A DNA stretch of 63,283 bases, counting the filler, from Stramenopiles sp. TOSAG23-3 (taxonomy: Eukaryota): the NCBI GenBank assembly GCA_900128585.1. It is 10 parts of 10 records of this genome, joined end to end, with 100 filler letters (N's around TTAATTAATTAA, not from the genome) between each part and the next. Parts side by side here need not be neighbours in the genome. Positions count along the whole stretch, not along the records: positions 1 to 6,259 come from LT643351.1; positions 6,360 to 12,617 come from LT643352.1; 8 more parts are not named here. One strand, given 5' to 3'. Every line of letters begins with the position of its first letter. Position 1 is the stretch's first letter. Below the pieces are notes generated by a model. That model searched no databases. It had not been told where the DNA came from and saw nothing but the letters and a program-made list of their open reading frames with translations. Below are positions 1-9,313 of the stretch, in pieces. The translations under genes and the position numbers were made by a program.

Positions 1-1
1 A

Positions 2-1747
2 AAATTCACTTCCCCGACCTCGAATGAGCTGTTTACAGATTTGGATAGGGACGGCGTTTGGTTTTTCGGGCTTATGTTTGCGCTCTACTTTGCCTTGCTT
101 ATCTTTGTCTTGGTTATCTGGAAAAAAAGGGCCGTCGAATCGGCTCGAAATAAAGCCCGTGGGGCAAAACGTAATCGTAAACATACGGGGTGCATGAACA
201 ATATTATTGTCTTGCAACGACTGTATTCTTCCACGTGCGGTTTGAACGGAAGATATTACCTTTTAAAGTTGTACTTCTTTGAAATTTTGGAAGCGTTCGT
301 ACAGATACATAACTTGAGGACAATCTATTTGTGCATGCTGCCTGTCTTCGTCACGTCTATCTTTTCGGCTATTTTGATTATAGACTCAATGTATCGTGCT
401 CATACGTCATACCGTTTGCTCTCAAACGAGGGCGAACGAATGACTAGAAGCCGGAGAAATTTCATTATTTTCTCGGACCTGGTGGTTGACATTTTGTTTA
501 TCACCGTTCCGTTGCTGTTGATGTATTTTGGGTACAGCATATGGGTCACCGTTGAGGAAGCTGTGCAAATCGTGATTGTCCCAGCTTTTTCCTCGATAAT
601 TAAACTCAGAAGCTTGCTGCTGGACACGATCACCCGAAATTCTGAAAAACTTGCCGTAGAACTTGGTCTCGTTGCAAGGGCCAGTGGAAAATCGATAATG
701 ATGGAGCAGGTTAAGTCCGTTCCACGCTCGGTTAACATTTTCGTACTTGTTTTGAGTGTTATTTTTTCTCTGGGGTTATTTATAGTGTTGTTGATTCAAG
801 CCTTCGCAGACGTAAGCTCTTGCGCGCTCTACGTAGAAAAGAATGGCACGACCAATTATTTTAGCACAGGGTGCAACATAAAAGTGCCGTTTTGCAAGGA
901 CACTTTGCAGCCCAATTGCGACTGCGCCGTCATCAACATAGATGAACATGACATGGTAGAATTGTCAGATAAAATGTCGACGATGACTTCGTTGCAATCA
1001 GTGAAAATTAACAATGGCCCGTTGGCGAAGCTCCCACCCAGCCTGAAGGAACTTGCCCGGATTCGACGGTTCGATTTTGAAAATAATAGATTGAAATCTT
1101 TTGACATCGATGTCTGCAGTCTTTCGGAGTTGTTGGACATGAGGCTAAGCTTCAATCAAATCAAAACTGTGCATAAATGTCTATGGAAACATGAAAGTGT
1201 ACGATTTATCTCTCTGTCAAGTAACGTAGGACTCGAGATTCCGTCTCAAAAAGACAGCATTTACTTACCAAAGCTGCAGTACATACATGTTGGTAACAAC
1301 AGCGTCCTTATACCGCCAACGATGGGTGCTGAACAATTTCCAGGGCTCAAGTACATGTATCTAAATGGGAATCGATTTGTGGACGGAAAACTCCCTGATT
1401 CATTTCAGGGGCTGGTAAATTCTCTTCAACAATTGGGCGTGGGGCGTTGTGGATTGCATAATTTAGGAATGCAGTTTAAATGGGAAGAATCTTCCTTGAA
1501 ATATTTAGACGCACGAGAAAATAAACTGTTCAATGTGAGCGGTAGCCTTGAAAAGCAAATTGCGAAAAAGAAAATGGAAAATTATTTCGCTCTGAACCCT
1601 GTATGCAATGGCGAGAAAACATTATCGTTGAATTGCAAAGCATTGTGTTCGCCCTACTGTTGGTCGGAGTACAGCGGGGGCAACAGTATTTGCGATATTA
1701 CATGCAACTCTGAGATTTGCGACTATGATAGCGGGGATTGTTTGTAG
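2..1747 (+). CDS. Multi-pass membrane protein with leucine-rich repeats and a C-terminal LNR/Notch-like Cys repeat (5'-partial)
   Basis: Frame is open to the contig start. Several hydrophobic segments precede LxxLxLxxNxL-type repeats (LLDMRLSFNQI, LKYMYLNGNRF, LKYLDARENKL). Ends in CWSEYSGGNSICDITCNSEICDYDSGDC, an LNR-like Cys/Asp pattern. Confidence 0.8.
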   Translation, partial: KFTSPTSNELFTDLDRDGVWFFGLMFALYFALLIFVLVIWKKRAVESARNKARGAKRNRKHTGCMNNIIVLQRLYSSTCGLNGRYYLLKLYFFEILEAFVQIHNLRTIYLCMLPVFVTSIFSAILIIDSMYRAHTSYRLLSNEGERMTRSRRNFIIFSDLVVDILFITVPLLLMYFGYSIWVTVEEAVQIVIVPAFSSIIKLRSLLLDTITRNSEKLAVELGLVARASGKSIMMEQVKSVPRSVNIFVLVLSVIFSLGLFIVLLIQAFADVSSCALYVEKNGTTNYFSTGCNIKVPFCKDTLQPNCDCAVINIDEHDMVELSDKMSTMTSLQSVKINNGPLAKLPPSLKELARIRRFDFENNRLKSFDIDVCSLSELLDMRLSFNQIKTVHKCLWKHESVRFISLSSNVGLEIPSQKDSIYLPKLQYIHVGNNSVLIPPTMGAEQFPGLKYMYLNGNRFVDGKLPDSFQGLVNSLQQLGVGRCGLHNLGMQFKWEESSLKYLDARENKLFNVSGSLEKQIAKKKMENYFALNPVCNGEKTLSLNCKALCSPYCWSEYSGGNSICDITCNSEICDYDSGDCL

Positions 1748-1850
1748 ACAACGTGTAAAGGCACGTACTTCAAACGCATTATTTTGGGTTATGGCTTAAT
1801 ATGCGCAAAAGGGAGTTATATGTGTATAAAAATTATATATTTTATATATT

Positions 1851-1924
1851 TGAGAGTCTTAAAACATACTATATATTTTGTTTTTTTATATATTTAAAAT
1901 GAGAGTCTTAAAACATACTATATA
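1851..1924. repeat. Short direct repeat, TGAGAGTCTTAAAACATACTATATA x2 (~49-bp period)
   Basis: Copies at 1851-1875 and 1900-1924 in the spacer between convergent genes. Confidence 0.85.
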
Positions 1925-2044
1925 ATTTGTTTTTAAAAAAATAACCACTTCTTGTCTTCACAGAATACAAACCCGCTTTTACTCGTAAAACTTGAGAGTA
2001 CTTTTAAATTGAAAGATTAGGAGAGTTGCGTGCTCGGTGTTGAT

Positions 2045-2821
2045 TTAAGAACCACCGTTGCTGTTCTGAAGCAGTTTTCTCCCCCTCCTCAGTTCCCTCC
2101 CCCCCTTTCCCAAGCGCGCCCGTCCACCATACTTGAGATCGGCAGATACTGCCCTGAATCTCTCATGAATGGCCAGCGGGACTGTGACGTGGGGTGTGAC
2201 GCGTGTTATTTTTTTTACATCATCTTCAGTAGCCCATTCATTTCTCACTTTACGTATTCCATGATTTCTGTTATATTTTTTAAAAATCCTGAACTCGTTG
2301 CCGCCATCCACCATGAAATCAATATCCTCACCCTCACTCTCAGGGGCTAGGGTAAAAGGTCGTTTCAAATGTCGTTTCGATAACTGGGTTTCCATAATCT
2401 CCAATAATGATGCAGAATGCCTGGGCCCTTGGTCTTCGAACTTAAACTTTATCGCTGTGGTCACGTGTTGGCCTGTTACTGATTTATAATTTACTTCTGC
2501 TTGTTCAATCCTCACTCCGCTTCCGCTTCCACGACCACACTTAAGCTCGCACAGATTGTCTGGAGCGAGTCCAGTGTCGAGTGACGAGTTCCCAATAAAA
2601 TCACAGCAGCAATGTATATCGAGATGAACTTTTTTCGGGTTACCAGTGTCCTTAAAGTGACCCCTTTCCAACCCAAGGGGTGATGTAGGGAAGGTCACAG
2701 TATCGATTGCATAACCCAGTTGAAAGTGCAAAATCTGATGTATAGCTTCATCGCAACTTGCAGAACTGCCCGTAGCAAACAGTGCCAGCAGCAAAACAAC
2801 AGCTGTGGTCGAAGAATGCAT
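2045..2821 (-). CDS. Hypothetical secreted protein (258 aa)
   Basis: ATG start, signal-peptide-like MHSSTTAVVLLLALFATGSSA, basic RRGRKLLQ tail. No recognisable domain. Confidence 0.6.
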   Translation of the reverse strand: MHSSTTAVVLLLALFATGSSASCDEAIHQILHFQLGYAIDTVTFPTSPLGLERGHFKDTGNPKKVHLDIHCCCDFIGNSSLDTGLAPDNLCELKCGRGSGSGVRIEQAEVNYKSVTGQHVTTAIKFKFEDQGPRHSASLLEIMETQLSKRHLKRPFTLAPESEGEDIDFMVDGGNEFRIFKKYNRNHGIRKVRNEWATEDDVKKITRVTPHVTVPLAIHERFRAVSADLKYGGRARLGKGGRELRRGRKLLQNSNGGS

Positions 2822-3395
2822 AATTTGTGTTGTATTCTGATAGACACAGTTAGAACAAGCAAACTATAATTTACTATTTCTCTAGTGATACTTCCGTTCA
2901 ATGCTTTTGTTTGAAGTTGGTGTCCAATTGATCCGTCTATACTCTTTCTTACCAGGAATGGCGACTTCTGAGCAATCCTGTAACTGTAAACCAGTCGAAG
3001 CAAAACAAACGCAGAAGGCAGTGGCACTACTACACTATTTGATATTCCAGTTATTTAACACTGTTACGCCACCCTCTGTGCTTTTCTTGTTTGACTCTCT
3101 CGTGTTGCTAATGCTACATGCAGCCTATTGTAACATAGATTCTGATGAACCCCCCCCTTTAATTTCTGAGGATTTAAATCCAGACTTTTCTCCTCCTCAT
3201 TTTTATTACATAATATATAATAACATAACAATAACACTGGTGCTGTGTAGTCTATCAATCAGATGGAATTATTTTATAGGATAATAATAAAGTATTCTAA
3301 TAAGTACGAATAATAAAAGCTATTGCCGGACCCTGGCCCCTGGCCTTCTAGAGTTTGTGTCACATCACACAAATACATTTTCTAAAAATGGTCTT

Positions 3396-3427
3396 TTACT
3401 TAAATAACAGCCAATTTTCTTGAGTTT
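3396..3427 (-). terminator. Conserved ~30-bp post-stop element, near-perfect copy
   Basis: + strand TTACTTAAATAACAGCCAATTTTCTTGAGTTT, ~90 bp downstream of the minus-strand CDS ending at 3520. Function is inferred only. Confidence 0.5.
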
Positions 3428-3519
3428 AAATATTATATAAAATATAGTAGCCCGTAAACCCCAAGCGAACGGGCAAATTCTTTCTTGGCTGCACCAAGAA
3501 CTTAAGATGATTTGATCCT

Positions 3520-6259
3520 TTACCCAAATCTGCGCATCATGACGTCCCCTTCTGGGCCACCCCATACGGGCCCCTCCATCACGTCCGTGTACATCTTAAT
3601 CAAACGCCCCTTTACGTGCTTTTTTGCCTCATTGCTCTGGCCTTTCTTATCGTGCCATTCGACAATTGAATTCCCTAGCCGTTGCACAGCCTTCTTCAAC
3701 GTCACCGTTGAGGTCGCGTTGTTGTGAGCGCTTGTCCAGGCAGAGGCGGCCTGCATGTACAAACTTCCAATGCTGTGCCCAGATATACGTTCAACGTGCC
3801 TAGATTCAACACCAGCCATGATCGTCTCGTAAGCGTCCACCAGGATAGTTTCGGTATCTTTGTCTACCCCTTTCATTTCGCCATCTTTCAACATGCCGTA
3901 CAAACGAAATATAATGCCAGATGAGTCCCGCAAACAGTCGCTCTTTTTGTTTGCAACGGCATCAAACAGGGCATGTTGAAAGCGTTCGTCTGTAGCAATT
4001 AATTTGCCAACGCGGCAAATGGTGCCTGGGGACGACGCATGGCACATTTCAAACACTTGCCATCGTTCCACAACTGCTGCTCGGAAGTCCGCTGAGCGAT
4101 TTTTTGCCTCCGAAAACGTGTCGGTGAGCTGGTCGATAAACTCTACAGTCTCCTGGTCTAACTTAAATTCCTCCGTATCGTTGTAGCTGTCGTGGCGCTC
4201 GAGCATCTTGGACGGGGGCTTGCTTGGCTGTTGGGGCGCAGACTTTATTTCCGCAGCACCATCCTCCTCCGGGATGGGGTTTTGCCTGTCCTTGTACTTG
4301 GCGTTAAGGGCACTTCGCTCTGCCATCAGCAGTCGAATGCTGGACGTGTCTCTTGACCTCATCGCTTCTTGAAGTTCCCCTGCAATTTCTACCAAGCGTT
4401 CTTCCGCTTCTAGCTCGCTTTCTGACCTTTTCAGCATTGGTCCAGGCGATTTTCCCTGTTTCTTTGACTCCTTCTGGCGCTTTTGGAGGGCGTTTCGCTC
4501 TGTTATAAGAGAACGGATGGCAGACGTGTTCCTTGACTGTATGGCATCGCCTATTTTTTTGTTCAATGCCTGGATTTCAACTTCGAACTGCGTCTGAGTC
4601 TCGAGTGCAGCGATTTCAGGGGCTGCCTTGGTCTCTTGCGCGGCAGCATCCTTGTTCTTATTTTCCACCTTGTCTGGGTTCATTGTGTACACCTCATCGT
4701 CTGGTTTTACAATTCCAAGCCACACAAAAAATTTAGCTGCGTGCTTCACATTGAATTCCATGTACATGTCGTCGTCGTAAAAGTATTCGAGATAACTTTC
4801 TTTGCGACTGTCTATGCCTTGCTCGGTTCGAAAGACGTTGTACAGCGTCTGGCAACTTTTTCGAAAGCCGGCATGTTCAGGCTTTTCTTCGGAATTCAGT
4901 TTATTGAAGCATTTGGTGACAAAAAAGTCACGACGAAAAAACGCTGCAAACCTCTCTAAATATATCGCCAGTGCTGCTCGGTGAGCTGCGTTTCCCCTCG
5001 GGTTCACGTTGTTGTTCGCAAACTCCTTCGCTGGGGGCGGCCGGGAGCCTTTTGGGAACTGGGCCCTGGGGATGCCGCCGTCATTGACGAACTTTTTCCC
5101 TCCTCGCTTCAGGGAGGCGATGCCCTGCCAACTCATGCCAAAATGCGATGGGTCTGAAAACTCAGCCCAGCACTTGTCGTTCAGGCCTTTCCAAAAATCA
5201 ACTACCGTCTCGGGCCAGTTTTCCCAGTATGCAGGAAGCAACGGCAAGTGAACTCCAAGCGCCGCATTGATGAACGTGAGATAGTAGTTGATGGCGTGGG
5301 TGTCGACGTTGTCCGCTGTCCAGCCTTCTCTGTGATTCCTAAACTCAAAATAAAACCGATTGGGCTCCATGAAGGAGCTCTTGAACGCGTTTTCTTTGTG
5401 GTCATCCAAGTAGTCTTCTACGATTTCAAATATTCGCAACAGCGCACCACCGTAATCATCGAGCCCGACGGATACCTGCTTGGCCTGGTTCTTCGCCCCC
5501 AGCTGATATTTCAGCGACAAAATGAGGCGGTAGCTGTGCGACATCACTAGATTGAAGGATTTTACTTGGACTTGCCGGCAATGCAACGAGCGGTCTACCA
5601 CCTCGGTGAGCTTGGCTGTAATTGCAGCAGTATCGTTGTCCATCTCGGCCATTATCTTCATTGCGTGCGCCATGTAAGGCTTTTTCCATGCTTCTAGCGT
5701 GTTGTATACTTGTTTGCACTTGTGAAACACAACTTGGCCGCTTAAAATGTCCTTTTGCTTTTTTGCCTTTTCCCTCGACCCTAGCTTGTAAGCCTTCTGG
5801 ATGGCTTTAAGGCACTCGTTGTCAAATGCAGCGTCAGATTTCATGTCCTTCAAATCCTCCCCAAACAATGACGTGGCGTCTCTGATCTGGCGCAAAAGAA
5901 TGGTATCACTCATCCACTCCTTTTCTACGCATATCATGTCAGCAGCAGCTTGGTACTCTGGTAGAGGTGTGTGCGGTATCGTCCAATGCTTTTGCGCATC
6001 TTTGTCACTGATTCCATGAATGTTTTCAATGTAAGCGCTTTTGGAAAAGGAAAAATCCAACGATTTGGCCCGTTCTCGAATTTGGTTTATCCGGGATACG
6101 AACCGTTTCGATGCAAGATCAGCGCTCTGGTCCATCAAGTAGAACACGTGCTTGTTAAATTCCGACGACAGCCCATCGATTTCTTTAGCAAACCCTTTGA
6201 ACAAAGTTCTCACTTGGTCAACGTTCAGGGAAGGCAGGGCACCGGCGGGCGGCTTCTTG
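3520..6259 (-). CDS. Large hypothetical protein (>897 aa, 5'-partial) with an internal helical repeat
   Basis: Long ORF open to the contig edge. Duplicated motif IQSRNTSAIRSLITERNAL / MRSRDTSSIRLLMAERSAL. Confidence 0.75.
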
Positions 6260-6359
6260 NNNNNNNNNNNNNNNNNNNNNNNNNNNNNNNNNNNNNNNNN
6301 NNNTTAATTAATTAANNNNNNNNNNNNNNNNNNNNNNNNNNNNNNNNNNNNNNNNNNNN
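6260..6359. other. Artificial contig linker N44-TTAATTAATTAA-N44
   Basis: Identical 100-bp spacer occurs nine times; its core has stops in all six frames. Confidence 0.98.
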
Positions 6360-6402
6360 AAAGAAAGAAAGAAAGAGTCGAAAGAAAGAAAGAAAGAGTC
6401 GA

Positions 6403-6437
<35 letters not shown>
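6360..6437. repeat. (AAAG)n microsatellite at contig edge
   Basis: AAAG tandem with two AGAGTCG interruptions. Confidence 0.9.
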
Positions 6438-6438
<1 letters not shown>

Positions 6439-6745
6439 CAGAATAATTATAAATTTATAAGTACTTATATTAATACAATATATAGATAGTGATATATGAT
6501 AAATAACAATATACAAATTATATTAATTTAATATAGTATATAAGTATAATATATTCCTATTTAATATATAGATAGAATACTAACAATCCCCAGCTCTTCT
6601 CTTCTTCGCATTTTTTTGCTTATTTAAGTTTATTATAAGAAGAAGAAAAATAAATGATGAATGTATAGATAGATCGAATGCATGGTGGAGGAAGAAAAAT
6701 GGCGATAATTTAAAAATAAACTGTTGGTTCAGTTCTCTTATTGTT

Positions 6746-8560
6746 CTAGACAGTGCTTGCAAACGTTTTTTTTTCTTCTACTGCGACAACGGTCGTGGAC
6801 TCATCTTCGTCCCCTTCCATTCCTTTGCTTTCACCGCCATCAAGGCTTAGGCTGTCCGTGGCATCGATGATCCCCAAGGAATCGCCGTCTATCATGTCAC
6901 TCCCACCTTCTACGTAGCCTTCGCTGCCCTCTTCCCCGACCATGCCGTCGTCGTAAAACTCGCTGGCGTTCTCCGCCGGGCCGTCCCCCCCGTCTTCCCC
7001 GACGACGTCCTCTTCCACACCACCCTCCCGGTCACTTCCCTCCTCCTCCGCTTCTTCCCCCTCCTCGCCGTCCACGATCCCGTTGGCCTCCTTCCACGCC
7101 CGCTCCTCCTCCTCCAAATCCCTCTGCTCCTGCTCCAGCTTCTCCTGGTACCTCACGGTGCGCCGGATTTCGTTCATGTCGTGGCTGAACGTTTTCCTCG
7201 GCGTGAGGGAGTGGATGATCGTCTTCTTCTGGTACACCCTGTTCTTGTTTTCCGTGCCCGCGCTTTTGAAGATTCGAGTCTCAATGTCACGCGCTTCCAG
7301 CATGTCCGAGTACTGGCGCTCTTCGCACACCGGGGTGATGATCGCCCCGGCGCTAAGCTTGGTGTACTTACGGATACGGTCCTTCGAGGACAGGCCGGCA
7401 ATGTCGTCCTGGAGCAGCTCGCTCTTGAAGGCTCGCTGGGGCGGGGGGTAGTAGATCTTGTTGTCAAAGTTTGGCTTCTCCGGAGTCTTCTTCTTCGGCC
7501 GCCTCTTGTCCTCCTTCCTCCCGTTGAACAGACTGCGCCCGCCGCCCACCGCGTAGACCCCGCCGAGCCACGACGGGGCCTTCACCTGCTCGAACTCGTT
7601 CGGGTTTACCAAGCTAGTCGCAGACGCAAACCCACCGGGGCCCAGGACCGGCTGGCTCGCAGACATGCGTAACTTGCTCGGGGTCATGCCCGTCGCAAGG
7701 CTCATCGTTGTACTATTTGCATCCAGGCCACCGTTTGCCGCGGCGTACTCGGAGTTTGTCGTCAGCTTTGGCGTCTCCATCTGGGCCGTCACCGTTGTTT
7801 CTATGTTCACCGCGGACTGGGATTGCCCCATCTGCTTGCGCCGCGCCGCCGGGCCGCCGGTGCTGTCTTCGCTGTCCTCTGCCCTCGACCGGCTCCCTCT
7901 CTTAAAGTCCGCCGCCGCCTGCCCCAGCATGGCATGGAGGTCGTGGCTGCTCAAGAGCCCGACCCTCGGCAAGCGCTTCCCCTTCCGTTTGTATTGTACA
8001 TTGCTGGAGGACATGGTCAGCGGGTCGAAGTGCCGGGACGCGGACCCCGGCCGGTGCCCGAACGTTATCACCCGAGCGTCTACTTTTGGGACGTGCCGGA
8101 CGAACTCTTGTTCTACTTCCGGCGGCTTGTACTCTTCCCTGTCGTCTTCGTCGTTGTCTTGCCCCGGCAACGTCCACGCCTCCAATTCATCCTTCGGGCC
8201 CGTGCTCAGCGTCGCCTTCAGCACATGCTCCAAATCGCTCGGCACCTCGCTAATTTTTTGCCCTGCCCACCGCCTCTCTAGAATCTCCCGCTCTGGCGCG
8301 AACACACTGGTCGGCAGGATAAATTTCGGGTCGATCGGCGGCGGCTTTGAGTCTAAATCTTCTACCATCTTTGGTTTTCCCGTAATTTCAGAAAAAATGT
8401 CCTCAATCTGCCTCTCCGCGCAGAACGGGTTCCCGTCCGGGTCTGGCAAGCGCAACACGCGGGTTCGTTTCTTCTTTATCCTAGTCATCGGCCCATGCTG
8501 CGACTGCAGCATTTGCTGCAGGCCACTCTCACCCAGGGCTTTGCTCTTGCGACGCGGCAT
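6746..8560 (-). CDS. Hypothetical protein (604 aa) with basic N-terminus and acidic C-terminal tail
   Basis: ATG start MPRRKSK, GC-rich codon usage, coiled-coil QEKLEQEQRDLEEEER, E/D/G-rich tail. Confidence 0.75.
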   Translation of the reverse strand: MPRRKSKALGESGLQQMLQSQHGPMTRIKKKRTRVLRLPDPDGNPFCAERQIEDIFSEITGKPKMVEDLDSKPPPIDPKFILPTSVFAPEREILERRWAGQKISEVPSDLEHVLKATLSTGPKDELEAWTLPGQDNDEDDREEYKPPEVEQEFVRHVPKVDARVITFGHRPGSASRHFDPLTMSSSNVQYKRKGKRLPRVGLLSSHDLHAMLGQAAADFKRGSRSRAEDSEDSTGGPAARRKQMGQSQSAVNIETTVTAQMETPKLTTNSEYAAANGGLDANSTTMSLATGMTPSKLRMSASQPVLGPGGFASATSLVNPNEFEQVKAPSWLGGVYAVGGGRSLFNGRKEDKRRPKKKTPEKPNFDNKIYYPPPQRAFKSELLQDDIAGLSSKDRIRKYTKLSAGAIITPVCEERQYSDMLEARDIETRIFKSAGTENKNRVYQKKTIIHSLTPRKTFSHDMNEIRRTVRYQEKLEQEQRDLEEEERAWKEANGIVDGEEGEEAEEEGSDREGGVEEDVVGEDGGDGPAENASEFYDDGMVGEEGSEGYVEGGSDMIDGDSLGIIDATDSLSLDGGESKGMEGDEDESTTVVAVEEKKTFASTV

Positions 8561-9185
8561 TGTTTATACAACCACGGACACTAACTATTCAAAGTGGCAT
8601 ACAAAAATCAAACAGCAGCAACGATTGAACTTAATAATAGAAAACATCTAACTCCCCCCATTTTCCCCCACTTTCTTTCCCATTTCCTTCCTGTAATAAA
8701 ATAAAAAGGAAAGGGCGAACTATGCATATTATTATTAAAAAAAAAAGAGAAGAAGAAGAAGAGTTATTATTATTATTAGAAGAAGAGATTATAATAATAA
8801 ATAAAATAATAACATAATAATAAGATGAATGAAGAACAACAAAAAATTAAAAAAAATAAAAAATAATAATTTGAAGAAGAAAAAAAAAGGGAAGAAGCGC
8901 TTCATTTCTGATGCTGTGTCTATTATAAAATAATATCAAATTAAATATCTCATCATCTAACATAACAACGGATTAAATTTAAAAAAAAACAAACAATAAA
9001 TTCCATTTTTGTATACTGTTATTCTATCTGTAATTGTACTTGTACATTGGCGGAGAAGTTCAGTAGTTGATAGTGGCTGTTGTTGTTATTTCTTTTAATT
9101 AATGTTTTATTAACTATAAATTATATATATAATAATATAGATTAATTATCAATATATAATTTGGTAAAATCTATTTTAAGTAAAT

Positions 9186-9218
9186 AAACAAGAAAATTGG
9201 CTGTTGTTATTTAAGTAA
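9186..9218 (+). terminator. Conserved ~30-bp element, copy antisense to the adjacent gene
   Basis: AAACAAGAAAATTGGCTGTTGTTATTTAAGTAA (one extra GTT), ~95 bp from the stop at 9314. Confidence 0.45.
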
Positions 9219-9313
9219 TTAAAATTAATATATGTTGATATAATATACGTGCAACTGAACGACCCCGTTCTTCCTTTTCCTTCTCACGTTTTGGGCACCA
9301 AAGCATTGAGCAT

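Noticed and set aside
1938-1957. AAAATAACCACTTCTTGTCT as another copy of the 3' element (also AAAATTGGCGG near 36092)
   Set aside because: Position and strand fit, but the matches are too degenerate to count without a PWM score.
6304-6315. TTAATTAATTAA palindrome recurring every ~6.3 kb
   Set aside because: Always centred in identical N44 flanks between length-sorted contigs. It is an assembly concatenation linker, and ORFs containing X are artefacts.
7665-8651. 328-aa antisense ORF, and similar shadow ORFs such as 10194-11009, 44776-45588 and 60851-61555
   Set aside because: They overlap well-supported genes on the opposite strand in GC-rich DNA and have no motifs of their own.
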